Assembly: GCF_006345805.1 (NCBI RefSeq)
Contig: NC_043008.1
Span: 62,310,001 to 62,374,000 of the forward strand
Length of the DNA stretch: 64,000 nt
Source: Octopus sinensis
Lineage: Eukaryota
Reading direction: 5' to 3'
A model generated the notes under the pieces. That model was not told where the DNA came from and searched no databases. It saw nothing but the letters and a program-made list of their open reading frames with translations. Numbering within the stretch: position 1 is the first letter of the stretch; every line of letters begins with the position of its first letter. Below are positions 12,726 to 24,902 of this stretch, piece after piece. Position numbers and translations under genes: made by a program.

Positions 12726-15700
12726 TCAAGATTGGTTGTGTAAATGCGCGTGGCTTGGGGTCCCCTTGGAACAAGGGTACCTCTTAAATGACATAAAGTC
12801 ACATAAGTTAGAAATCATAGCCATAAGCGAGACCAGACTCCACAATCCGCGGGCCCTAAAGACCATGTTTGGCGGACAGTTCAACATTTATTTTTCCCCC
12901 TGTCTGCCGAGAATGGGCGGTAGTGGCACCGCGGTACTTTTTCACAAGAGTCTGGATCTCAATGTAAGGACAATATTCGTAGACCCGGAGGGTAGACTGG
13001 TCGTCCTGGATGTCGACGGCAGCAATGGGTGCGCTTTTCGGCTCGTATCAGTTTACGCACCGCCCTTAACAGGTCGGGCGGATTTCTTTCAACGTCTATA
13101 AGTTTTCTTGGGAACGTCTCGTCCTTTACTCTTAGTGGGGGATTGGAATGCTACCTTGGACACGCATGTAGACTACGTGGGTAGAGATAGGAATAGACGG
13201 GGATGCAAATGCCTCAGAGACCTGCTCAGACGCTTTCAACTGTCTGACAGGTTTCGACTAGACCACCCGAATGCGCCAACGTGGACATGGAGCAACCGCA
13301 TCGGGTCGTCGAGATCGTATCTAGATAGGATACTGTGTAGGACAGTAGATAGAGATAGCATAGGATGTCCACAATTCCACATAGTCAGCTACACGGATCA
13401 CAAACTTGTGACATGTACGCTAGACTTAGGTAAGACACTTAGGCAGGGTCCCGGATACTGGAAACTAAACGCGTCTTTCCCATCGAGACAAGTTTTCAGA
13501 GACCGGATTAGCACACTAGTAAAGAGGGCTTTGACGGGAGCCATCATCAACAACAAATGTGGTTTGCCCTCAAGAGAGCAGTAAAAGCAGAAGCGATTAG
13601 GTACAGCAAAGCACTAGCCATAGATAGAATAGAGTAGAGGGTGAGCTAGTTAAGAAGCTAGAAGAGGCAATTAGAAGCGGCATCGCATCCGACGTTTTGG
13701 CGGCGAGGTTGGCCCTCGACCAACACTTCAACGCCAAACACGAAGGATGTGCTGTCAGAGCTAGGATGCGTGCTCTAAGGAACGAAGGTGTTGGAGCCGC
13801 GAGAGAGGCCCGGGTGCAGAGGCGCAACAGGGCAACAAAGCCACCATTCGGTCACTGGTAGATGAACAGGGGCGCGAATTGCTCGAGCCAAGTAAAATGT
13901 GTGAGGCCTTTCAGCAGCATTTTGCCCGACTGTTCGGAACGAGTGGAGGGCAAGAACGTAGGGTGGACTTCAGTGCCTACCTACATAGCCTACCACGACG
14001 ACTCTCGACAAGAAAGGCAGGGTGCTGCGAAGGTGCCATCACGGCGGCGGAAGTGCGGGAAGTGATGGCAGAATGCTCGAGGGACAAATCACCGGGTTTG
14101 GATGGTCTACCCTACGAGCTTTACAATTGTATGCCAGACTTGTTTGGAGATCTCTTGGCGGCGGTGTACTGCAACTGCAGCAAAACGGGAGCATTCCTGG
14201 TTTTGTGAGCCGAGGAGCCGTAACACTGCTGAAGAAAGATCTAAACAAGGGAAATGTAATAGATAACTTTAGGCCATCACTCTGCTTAATGCAGACTTGA
14301 AAATTTTGGCCAAGGTGCTAGCCAAGAGGTTGGCGCTTGTCATCGAGAAACTGGTCGACAAGCGCAAACATGCGCCGTGCCAGGCCGGACCATCCATGAC
14401 AACCTCCATCTGATGCGCTACATCATAGACAGGGTAGTTAACGAACCTGGCATGGGTGGGGCCCTGATCAACTTGATCAATCAAAAGCCTTTGATAGGGT
14501 AGACCATCGATACTTGGAGGCAGTCCTGAGAGCGGCTGGTTTCGGTCCCGTCTTCCGCGGCTGGATAGCTGCCTTGTACAGAGGCATCCGTTCGGTAATT
14601 CGCGTAAATGGACATCTATCGAGACCTTTCGACATTGCACGTTCGGTCCGTCAGGGATGCCCCCTCTCGGCGCTTCTATACGTATTGACTCTTGAGCCAC
14701 TACTGCGGAAGCTGGCGACTCTAAGGGGCATCCCGCGAGAATTGGGATGCGGGACGAGCGTGTCTGCATACGCGGACGACGTCACCGTCATAGTGTCTAG
14801 CCACGAGCACATCGAGCTGGTCGGTGAGACACTGAAAAACTACGAAGCGGTGACAGGAGCGAAAATCAACCGGGAAAAGTCAGTGGGCTTGCGACTAGGC
14901 ACCTGGAGAAGCAAGCCCATGCCGTCCACCAGCGCCTCCGTCGTGGGACGCTGGACCGACGGCCCGGTTGAGTTGCTCGGGGTCTGGTTTGGTCCGGACC
15001 TCCAAGTGGAGAAGAACTGGAACGAGATAACGAGTAGGGTGGTCACTCTCGCCCGGCAATGGGCCGAGAGGAAACTGTCCCTAAAAGGTCGAGCGGAGGT
15101 GGCGAACACGTACATCGCGTCCGTCATCTACTACCGCCTGACCGTCGTACCTTGTCCCGACCCTACCATCACCAAACTACAACGCATCCTCTTTCGCTTC
15201 TTGTGGAAAGGATGCGTCCCGATGGTCAGGCGATCCATTTGCTGTCAACACCCGTTAAAAGGAGGGCTGGGCATGCCGTGGTTGATGATGCGCAGACACG
15301 CGCTGAGACTGCGACATCTCTGGCTCTATGTAGACGACGGTGAACAGGTGTGGTCGCCGTTTGTGAGGCACGCTTTCCCGCAGCTCGTCTCCATGACCGA
15401 ACTGCAGTCGTGGATCAAAAAAGAGGCCGAGAAGGGCGAATGGCACCGCGAGTGTCGCGTTGCTCTCAAGCAACTCTGCCGTCCTGGGTCGACCTTAAGT
15501 GACTTCAACACAACCAAAGCATTCTATAGGGGTTTAGTGGAGGGGAGGTACGACGACGAGCTCGGGGCGAACCTGGACGTCGACGAGGAGTACCTGACCC
15601 GCCTGTTCGGGACGACTTTCGGGCCAGGGCCCATGGACAACTTCCAGAGATCCCTGGCCTGGCAGTGCTACCGAGAAGCGCTACCCGTTCGGGATAAGCT

Positions 15701-16152
15701 CTACAGACACGGCTCGAGAAACACGGGGCCGACCTGCCCGAGATGCGGTCAGAGCGACGAAACCGTTCTGCACGCACTCGTTCAGTGTCCAACAATTTCC
15801 GACCTGTGGGCTTATGTCGAACAACTGCTGTCACGTGTGGGACGAGTCGGTTTTCAGCTGAGTCTATCGTCAATATTGTCACGCCTCCTTCCTTCAAACG
15901 GGAAGGAAGAGCTATTTTCATCATCCTTGTGGCTATGGCGAAAGAATGTATCTGGTGGACGCGTCTGAAAGGATTGGAGACAAACACTTTCCTCTCTGGT
16001 CAATCTCTCATCAACTTCTTCAAGTACCACTTGAAAAGGAAAGTGAGAGTAGAGAGGCAAGTTTTGTCTAGCGAATATTTTAAAAAAGATGGGTGAATGT
16101 AGCAAGAATGGCACGTATGAATGACGAAGCCACCTTGAGCATAGTCCTATGA
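12722..16152 (+). pseudogene. Tx1 ORF2: APE endonuclease, reverse transcriptase and C-terminal zinc finger (~1147 codons if ten 1-nt deletions are restored)
   Basis: APE motifs: VNARGL, AISETRL, SVYAP, VGDWNATLD, SYLDRIL, YTDHKLV, YWKLN. RT motifs: KSPGLDGLPYE, KAFDRVDH, VRQGCPLS, AYADDVTV, GGLGMP. Zinc finger: CPRCG...ETVLHALVQCP. Confidence 0.93.
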
Positions 16153-16602
16153 ACCCAGAAATCGAAAACAGAGAGTTGCTTATTTGCAAAAAAAAAAAAA
16201 AAAAAAAGAAATATAAAATGTGACTTCATTGACCGAGGTTACCGTGGTCTTTTCTGCAGGCTTTTCTTTCCACGGGTAAACCTCACCTGTCCTCCCCTTT
16301 ACACTTCATATTGACATTTCTGTGATAACGATCCCTATTGATCATTTTTTTTTTCCTCCCCCCCCCCCCTTTTTTTTTTTTTTTTTTAACCCCCCTTATT
16401 TTTGTCCTCTTTCTCTCCTTTTACGATCCCTTTTGATCGAACCTCCCCCTTCCTTTTTTTTTTTTTTTTTTTTTTAATACCTTCAAAAGAAAAGCTCTAC
16501 CTTGTAATTTGTTCTATCTGTGTGCAGCCCTGTGTGGCTAATAAAGAAACATATCTATCTATCTATCTATCTATTTATCTATCTATCTATCTGTCTATCT
16601 AT

Positions 16603-16731
16603 ACTTAATTTATCGACCCTGAAAGGATGAAAAGCAACGTCAACCTCGGCGAAATTTGAACTCAGAACATAACGGCAGACGAAATACCGATAAGCATTTC
16701 ACCCAGCGTGCTAACGTTTCTGCCAGCTCGC
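16603..16731 (-). mobile_element. SINE A 5' part inside the TATC/CCAT tract
   Basis: Reverse complement carries the family A head (GGCGAGCTGGCAGAAACGTTAGCA) and the B-box-like GAGTTCAAATT. Confidence 0.85.
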
Positions 16732-16816
16732 CACCTATCTATCTACTTATCTATCTATCCATCTATCCAGCCATCCAACTACCCATCCATCCATCCATCC
16801 ATCCATCCATCCATCC

Positions 16817-16903
<87 letters not shown>

Positions 16904-16945
16904 CATCTATCTACCTATGTATGTATCTAGCTAGCTAGCTATCTG
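16732..16945. repeat. (CCAT)n/(TATC)n microsatellite
   Basis: Seen directly. Confidence 0.95.
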
Positions 16946-17730
16946 TATATCTCTCCATCTTCTGCACATATACTCTCACATTCATTAGCCTGTGTGTTTA
17001 CACATGTATGCTGGTGGCATGTAAAAAGCACCCAACTCACTCTGTTGGCATTAGGAAGGGCATCCAGCCATAAAAACCATTCCACAACAGACAATTAGAG
17101 TGTGGACTACTCCAAGCTAACCAGTTCCATATTAAACCATCCAATCCATGCTAGCATGAAGGTGGATGTTAAACGACAACGACGATGAGGAAGATGTGTG
17201 TGTATGTGTGTTTGTTGTTCATGTGTATGTGTATTTGTTGTTCATGTGTCTTCATATTACACTATTTTAGCAACGATGGGGGACAGGCTTACGTGTCTTG
17301 TAACCAAAAAACCTTACATCTCAGCAATTTTGATGCATGAAACCAATAGAATAATATACATCTACATATAAAATCTAAGTGTTGGTGATAGGAAAGGCAT
17401 GTGGACACAGAATGTTTGGGAAATTGCCTCAAAATGACTCATCCAACAAAGGAAAAATGGGACATTGTAGATGGAAAACATTCTTTCTACTCTCTTATTC
17501 TCTTAATGCTTGTAGAATTTGTTGGTTTAGTCAAACAAATCAACCCCAGTAGTTATTCTATATCTGCTACTTATTTTAAAGGTCACTTTTGCTGCACTTT
17601 TTGGTTACAAGGGATATCAACAAGAAGTGAGTTTGAGGTGGTGGGAAAACCAAAGCAAACACATACATACCCATATACTTATAAGCTATATAATATATAT
17701 ATAGTTATATACAGTTAGTAGGTGAACACA

Positions 17731-18066
17731 GTGAAGGTGCATGGCTCAGTAGTTACAGTATCGAACTTACGACCGTGAGATTGTGAGCTCGAATCACGGA
17801 CTGGGATGTGCATTGTGTTCTTGAGCAAAACACTTTATTTCATGTTGCTCCAGTTTACTCAGCTGTAGAAATGAGTTGTGACATCACTGGTGCCATGCTG
17901 AATCAGCCTTTGCCTTCCCTTGGATAACATCAGGGGCATGGAGAGGTGAGGCTGGTATGCATGGACGACTGCTGGTCTTCCATAAACAACCTTGCCGGAA
18001 CTTGTGCCTCAGAGGGTAACTTTCTAGGCACAATCCCATGGTCATTCATGACTGAAGGGGGTCTTC
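17731..18066 (+). mobile_element. SINE family D (tRNA-like head, CORE-like GTGTTCTTGAGCAAGACACTT)
   Basis: Matches the copies at 37855-38200, 43065-43407 and 49943-50282. Confidence 0.85.
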
Positions 18067-18297
18067 GAGGTGAAAGCAAAATAACCTCTGTATACATAAT
18101 AGAGAATTGCTCCAATGGATGGGAAATTAAACTCCAACCTCTTGATCCAGAACTGGTGTAAATATATATCTCAAGCCTACCTTTGTTTATTTTATCTGTC
18201 ACCTCTCCCTCTATATATACATACATATACATATGAGTATATATATAAATATATATATACATATGAGTATGTATATATATATATATATATGTATGAG

Positions 18298-18335
<38 letters not shown>

Positions 18336-19071
18336 AGTGGGACAACAATGCACCAATACACTCACCGGTAAAATTTCCACTTATTTCTTATTTTTATTTT
18401 CTTAAAATTTTCGTTCCGTCTTGCAACCTTTTCAATAGTCTTGAGAGTCAAGGCTATTGAAAAGGTTGCAAGACAACGAAACTGGTGAGTGTGTTACATC
18501 ATAAGGCACAAAAAGAAAATGACTCTCACCAGGCACAACAGAATATGATTCAACATACAAACTCATATAAAGAATTTTGCAAACCAAATCTCAAAACGAA
18601 ATAATGCACCAATATTTACTGAAAATAGCAGTCAATAATATATGACGCCATAGCAAAGCTTCATTGCATGTATACTGGCAAAGATGTTTGCATGCAGCAA
18701 ACATAAGAAATATGATTTTACCGGTGGGAAGAACATAAGATAAATGTACAACCCAGATATGGGTATTCTAGGACCTAGGTTTTGAACTCTCCAAAATATG
18801 TTTGTTAACGTAAATTTGATTAGTTCTCCTCGGCTAGATTCACCAAGACAAAATTTTGAATGTTGCTACACCAGTGCCAGTATACTCACCTGAATGCATA
18901 AGCCGTTAACAGAACCGAGAACAGTGAAAATGATTTCAAAGAAAAAATTATCTAATAGTGCAATACAATAGTATTGCTATCCAGTAAAACAAAACTCCAT
19001 AAGGCTAAAATATAAATATAGAATAGTGATACAACAATGCACTAATATTTACTGGAAATAGCAGTTGATAA

Positions 19072-21254
19072 CACTGGTCTATAAGGTTTTTGGTGTTTAG
19101 GAAAGAGACATCATTTCTATACAAAATCAGTCTCCTGATATCCAAATATAACCTTCTTTTTGACCTATCAGATCTAGTTTTTATGTTATTGAACATTCCT
19201 ATAGTCATAATATATGTGTGTACGTCCAGTACCTTATTCTAATTTTTTTCTTTTTTCCATACTGTTTAGATGTGGTGAACTTTTTTCCATACATTTTAGA
19301 TGTGGTGAACTAAGCAATAGAAAATGAGCAAGATGCCCTCTTCAAGAAAGTGTTGCACTAATTCTCCAAATGTGTTTTGTTATGTTTCTAGAGAATAAAT
19401 ATTACCTGAAAATCGAAAAAGCATCACTGATTTTGTTGAGAGTATATGGCATATTTTGGGGTCAAGCTGGAAGACCAAGATAGATATTGGGCACCGTGTA
19501 GTGTCATAGTGTCTGCAAATAATGTACAGAACATTTGCAACAATGGACTAAAGAGACAAGGAAAAGTATGAGGTTTGCTATACCAATGATATGGTGGGAG
19601 CCCTATAATAACGTAGACAACTGTTATTTTTGTGAACTAAATCTGAGTGGGTATTAAATGGAAAAATTGACAAACGCTTGTCTATTCTAATCTTGCCTCT
19701 GCTATTAGACCGGTTCCACACAGTGAAGAGCTCCCTGTTCCTGCCTTCAATGTCTTGCATCAGATAACTTCACCCTCAGCCAAAGAAGATTCAACATCTG
19801 AATATGATATTAGAGATCAAAAATTTTCAGTTGAGACTTTACCTCAGCTATTCTCCCAGGTAGAGCTGAATGATTATGACTTGAATTTCCCTAAAATTCT
19901 ACAAAACTGTTGGCTGCTCGACTGAAGGAGAAGAATCTTCTAGAGAATGGTATCTGTATAAGCTGTTACTGGAATCTGCACGAAGAGTTCCTTTCTTTCT
20001 TTCTTCACAAAAGAGGAAGAGCTGGTTTATTGCAGAGATGTAGGTGGGCTTCTTAATAAACTTGGGATTGAGAAATACAAACCAGAAGAATGGCATCTTT
20101 TCATAGACATTTCTAAGCATAGTTTAAAATGTGTATTGTTGCACAGCGGAAATGCATATGGCTCTGCCCACTCAGCCATTCAACTACTCTGAAGATAAAA
20201 GATAAAGAAATTAAGTTGATTTTAGAGAAGACACTGTATCATGATCATAAATGGGTCATCTGCTTTGACTTAAAGATGGTGAATTTTCTCATGGAACAGC
20301 AATCTAGTTATACGAAATAGCCATACTTTCTTTGCAAATGGGACAATAGAGAAAAACTGGTCACCTCAAACAAATTTGGCTCCATGTAGAGCTGCCAATA
20401 TATTGGAAGAATCTTTAGTTGAGTGAGATAAAATCATTATCCCCTATTTGCACATCAAACTTCGATTGATCAAGCAATTTGTCAAAGCTCTCAGCAAAAA
20501 TGGCAAATGCTTCAAGTATATCTGCAGTGTATTTCCAGACTTGACAATTGAAAAAATGAAAGCAGGGATTTTTGATAGACAACAGATCCGTAAGTTCTAG
20601 AAGGACACAAATTTCATGAAAACAATGAGTGAAAATGAAGCATCAGCTTGGTTAGCCTTTGCAGAAGTCCTGCAAAATTTCCTTGGGAAACAAAGTGAAA
20701 ACTATAAAAACCTTGTTACCAATTTGATATCAGCTTTTCGTGATATTAGCGTGAATATGAGCATCAAAATGCATCATCTTTTTAGTTATCTTGATCGTTT
20801 TCCTGAGAATCTTGGAGATCTTAGCAATGAACAAGGTGAACGATTCCATCAGGACATCAAGTTGATGGAAACTTGGTACCAAGGACGTTGGGATGCTGTG
20901 ATTATGGCAGACTATTACTGGTGTTTAAAACAAGATACTCCTGTTGCTCAATATTTATGGTGCACAAAGAAGCGTAAATTTATTCCTTGAAATTTCTACC
21001 AAAAATCTTTGCCAATGTCCATTTTGAATTTTGAATTTTCATTTTTACTTTGTTTTGTTTTTGTGTTATGCTCTCTTTATTGATTCATATTATATACTTC
21101 TTGTAGGAATAAAATGCTTATTCTATCAGGTCTAGTAAGAAAACTAGACCTTATAGAGAAAAACTGAAGTTATTTTTGAATTTAGCAGGCAAAGTCACTT
21201 AAGAATTCATTGAAATATTCCAAGCACAAGACAATTATTTTTTGTTGCCCCGTA
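19072..21254 (+). mobile_element. Chapaev3-type (CMC superfamily) DNA transposon relic
   Basis: Decayed transposase: WWEPYNNVDNCYFC, EWHLFIDISKHSLKCVLLH, WVICFDLKMVNFL, LHIKL, NEQGERFHQDIKLME.WYQGRW. Left end is CACTGG, and degenerate subterminal inverted repeats (~19130-19180 vs ~21140-21195) are present. Confidence 0.8.
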
Positions 21255-21613
21255 TAAAATGATGCTATGGTAAAGCTTCACTGTATATATATAAATGTAT
21301 GTATGTGTGCATGTTATATGTATGTATGGATGGATGGAGGGAGAGAGGGAGAGATATAAATCTCTATTGATGCACCAGAAGCAACAAATGATAGAACTCA
21401 ATACAAATTTAGAGTATTCTTTATTACATAATAACTGAAAGGCTTTGCTTTCTAGTATTCAGAGTTGCCTGATTTCGATCTTCAGCTGGCAAATCTAGTC
21501 TGGATTTCCTTTAAATATCTATTGTTTGAATGTTTTCAGAGATATGATATGAAAGCTTGAAGGAAACATTTAGCTTTATGTTCTTTTATTTAGTAAACTT
21601 TGCGAACAACATG

Positions 21614-22025
21614 TGTGAAAAACAGCCACTTAAAGCTCATGCTTTTGATTTCCTTTCTGGTTCTCATGGTGATATAATTGTAAATATATCATAAACTCCA
21701 TACAGTTGAAATGAAAGAACATAATGATAAGTGTTTCATTCAAATTTTTATTTCATATTTCACAAAAATATTCAGATAATAAATGGTCAGAAGAAAACAA
21801 GGCACAGCTTACAAGAAGATGTGAAAAACGACTGCTTAAAGCTCGTGTTTTTGATTTCCTATCTGGTTCTCATGGTGATATAATTGTAAAAACGTCATGA
21901 ACTCCATAGAGTTGAAATGAAAGGATATAACGATAAGTGTTGCATTGAAACTTCTATTTCATATTTCACAAAAATATTCGGATAGTGAATGTTCAAATGA
22001 AAACAAGGCTCAGCTTACTAGAAGA
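21614..22025. repeat. Tandem duplication, 206-bp period, two diverged copies
   Basis: TGTGAAAAAC starts at 21614 and 21820; shared blocks include TCTGGTTCTCATGGTGATATAATTGTAAA and ATTTCATATTTCACAAAAATATTC. Confidence 0.9.
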
Positions 22026-22179
22026 AGACTGGAAGTGGGCAACTCAGAGAACTGGAAATCAGGACTTTAAGATATTATATATGCATATTAAATACATATG
22101 TATATATATGTGATGGATTTCCACACATTTTCTATCTAACAGGTTCACTCATAAGGCCTTAATAGGTCCAGAAATACGT

Positions 22180-23605
22180 AGGAATAAAAGTAATAAAAGT
22201 CATTATTGTGAATTGTTAAAGAGATTCAAAAGCATACAGGTTTCGTGAATTTATTAATCATTGCTTTGAATGCACACCGATTAATGAATGGTGTCAAGTC
22301 TACTAGTCCCTGAGTAAAACGATTATGTGTAAGGAAGGTAAGTAGTTCTGGATTTGGTGCAATTACAGTAGATATAGATATGTAATGCAAATGGTGTATG
22401 GGATGTATGGGGGTTAGTGGTATTAATTGAAAGGTTAGTAGTGTTCTGTATTATGTTATGTGTTAACACTGAGTTGTAGAAGATATTTATTGAGGAAAGT
22501 TGCCTCTTTATTCATTCTTTGTTTTACTGAGGTGTTCTGTGAACATTGATAGAAGGGGAAAATTAGGATTAATATTCCTAGCACACCTTTCTATGTGATC
22601 ACTAGCCTGTATCTGTCTGTATTGTGGCTGGCGGTTTTGTTCTTTGTGGAGAGTTGTTCTTTGATGGAGTGATATTCATGTTTGGCCAATACAATTATGA
22701 CTACACCCTAAACATGTAATGGCCTAGATAAGATTTTCCGAGGCACAGGTGAAATTTGATTTGATCTTAAATATTTGACCTTATTTAAGGTGGAATTGTG
22801 AACCCTCCAAAAGGTGGAGGCATGTACCAAAGTTAGGTCGACCACATTTTTTCACTTTTGTTTCTGTTGTTAATGGATATAGTCTTGCACTGGTTGAATT
22901 TTTTTCAATGATTTGGATTGCATTTTGCTCTTGATAATTTTGTGTGAGCCTAAAATTTTGTTCATTGTTTTATCTCCTGAGAGAATGGAAAGATTTTGGA
23001 TTATAATGTTAAAGGCTTCGCTGTTTCTAGGGTTATGTGTGGAGATGTATGGGAGTATTTTAAAGTCTGGTTTAGTATTTCGGTTGACTTCCCTAAATGT
23101 TCGTATATCTATTTCCATAGATCGTTTAATGCCATCATTTATTAATGATATTGGGTAATGTCTTTTGATCTGAGTTCAAGGAGTTTTCATTCACGAGTAT
23201 AGGTGTCTGAAACTATGGTACAGATTCTTTTTGCTAGCTTACAAGGTATATTAATTTTTATGTGTTTGGGATGGCATGACTTGAATATTATGTATTGTTA
23301 GAATCTGTGGATTTATAGAAGATGTCTGTTTTGATGTGGTTATTGACTATTTTGATAAGGATGTCAAGAAAAAGGAGTTGTTTACTGCTGTGCTTCATGG
23401 TGAATTGTATACTTTCAATTAATATTGTTAAACATTATTTTGAAATCAAGGAGTTTGTCCATGCTGTCTTTCCAAAGTATAAAGCAATCGTCCAAATACC
23501 TCTTCCAGTTCTCCTTTAAATAGCAATGAAATGAGGTGCCATATTTTTGTAGTGATGATTGATATATTTTAAGCTCTAGGTAACCCATTACAAGGTTCAC
23601 AGTCT
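22180..23605 (-). mobile_element. 5'-truncated Penelope-like element relic (RT plus GIY-YIG)
   Basis: NLVMGYLE...WKRYLDDCFILW, LPYISTHNPRN, and NFTCASENLI*AITCLGCSHNCIGQT (degenerate GIY-YIG). Confidence 0.9.
22224..22271 (-). ncRNA. Degenerate type I hammerhead ribozyme at the PLE 3' end
   Basis: ATTCAAAGCA-ATGATTA-ATAAATTCAC-GAAA-CCTG-TA-TGCTTTTGAAT. Stem I pairs and the cleavage triplet is GUA; the core differs from CUGAUGA at two positions. Confidence 0.65.
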
Positions 23606-24392
23606 GGAAATGTCATGGCATGTGCATATTATCGAAAAAGTCAATAATAGGGCCCCTGCAAGGGATTCTTATATATATAACATATTTTCCATTTTAAAAA
23701 CCAAGGGAACTAACCCATTCGCACCTTGAATGGTCCTTATATACAACCAAGGGAAGTAACCTATTCCTAAATTTTTTAGTAAAAATGAAATTGAGTATGC
23801 TTATTTCTTAGTATTTGAACTGTTAGAGTCATTTACGTAATTTATCCAGTACAACCCTTAAACAAGTAAATAGTATTTTCCTAAACAATAGGTCCACTTA
23901 TTTTGGTTAGTGACTTAATCACAAATATGCCATCACTAGCGCCCCTGAAGGTAATATTCTCTAGGAATGCACAATAGCCCTTTTCAGAGTTATTTACTTT
24001 GAATTGTTATTATCTCATATCTGTTATTATGTAACATGCTTCAAGATTTTAGTATACATAAATTATTAGTATTTCCTCCTATGTTCTATATACTCTGGGA
24101 ATGCATTAAAGACCTTTTCGGAGCTATTTTATTTGAATTCTTACTATCGGGTAACTAATTTCATGTTATTACATTGCTGACTTCACAATTTGGGGATTTA
24201 TAACTAATTGGGAATTCCTAAAAGCAAGATCCTGTGTAAGACAGTTTGGTAGTCTCTTTAAATGCACAAAAACCGTTATAAGAGCTACATACTTTGTATT
24301 GTTTTGTTGGATTAGCGAAATAGTTATGAGAAGCGAACCAAGAGATAAGCCTCACTTTCCTGGGAATTACTGGGTACATCAGGTAGTATATA

Positions 24393-24427
<35 letters not shown>

Positions 24428-24789
24428 TCATTTCACCACAACTTTCTCTCACTCTTTCTTCCTGTTTCTGTTGTACCTGTATTTCAAGGAGCGAGCCTTT
24501 TCACACACTGTATCACGCTGAATCTCCCCGAGAACTACGTTAAGGGTACACGTGTCTGTGGAGTGCTCGGCCACTTGCACATTAATAAATGAGCTGTGAC
24601 GTCCTGGTGCCAAGCTGTATCAGCCTTTGCCTTTCCTTTGGATGACATCGGTGGCATGGAGAGGGGAGGCTGGTATGCGAGGGCAACTGCTGGTCTTCCA
24701 TAAAAACAACCTTGCCCAGACTTGTGCCTCGGAGGGTAACTTTCTAGGTGCAATCCCATGGTCATTCATGACCAAATGGGGTCACAACA

Positions 24790-24820
<31 letters not shown>

Positions 24821-24825
24821 AAGAG

Positions 24826-24902
<77 letters not shown>

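Larger units (their letters stand above)
10481..16551 (+). mobile_element. Full-length (~6.07 kb) Tx1/L1-clade non-LTR retrotransposon
   Basis: 5' UTR, ORF1 with CCHC knuckle, ORF2 (APE-RT-zinc finger) and a 3' UTR with poly-A/poly-T tracts. Bounded by (TATC)n at 10441-10480 and 16552-16602. Confidence 0.93.

Noticed and set aside
14269-15987. Antisense and alternate-frame ORFs inside Tx1 ORF2
   Set aside because: Expected shadows of a GC-rich coding region; no independent motifs.
18890-19004. Minus-strand exon-like segment with a strong GTGAGT donor
   Set aside because: Stops in all frames from the best acceptor; the open alternative needs a weaker acceptor, and no partner exons were found.
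21465-21490. CTGAAGA-TC-GAAA hammerhead-like core on the minus strand
   Set aside because: No room for stem II, and stems I/III do not close correctly.
23605-24300. Possible mitochondrial insertion (NUMT)
   Set aside because: No recognisable mitochondrial protein, rRNA or tRNA motif in the frames I examined.
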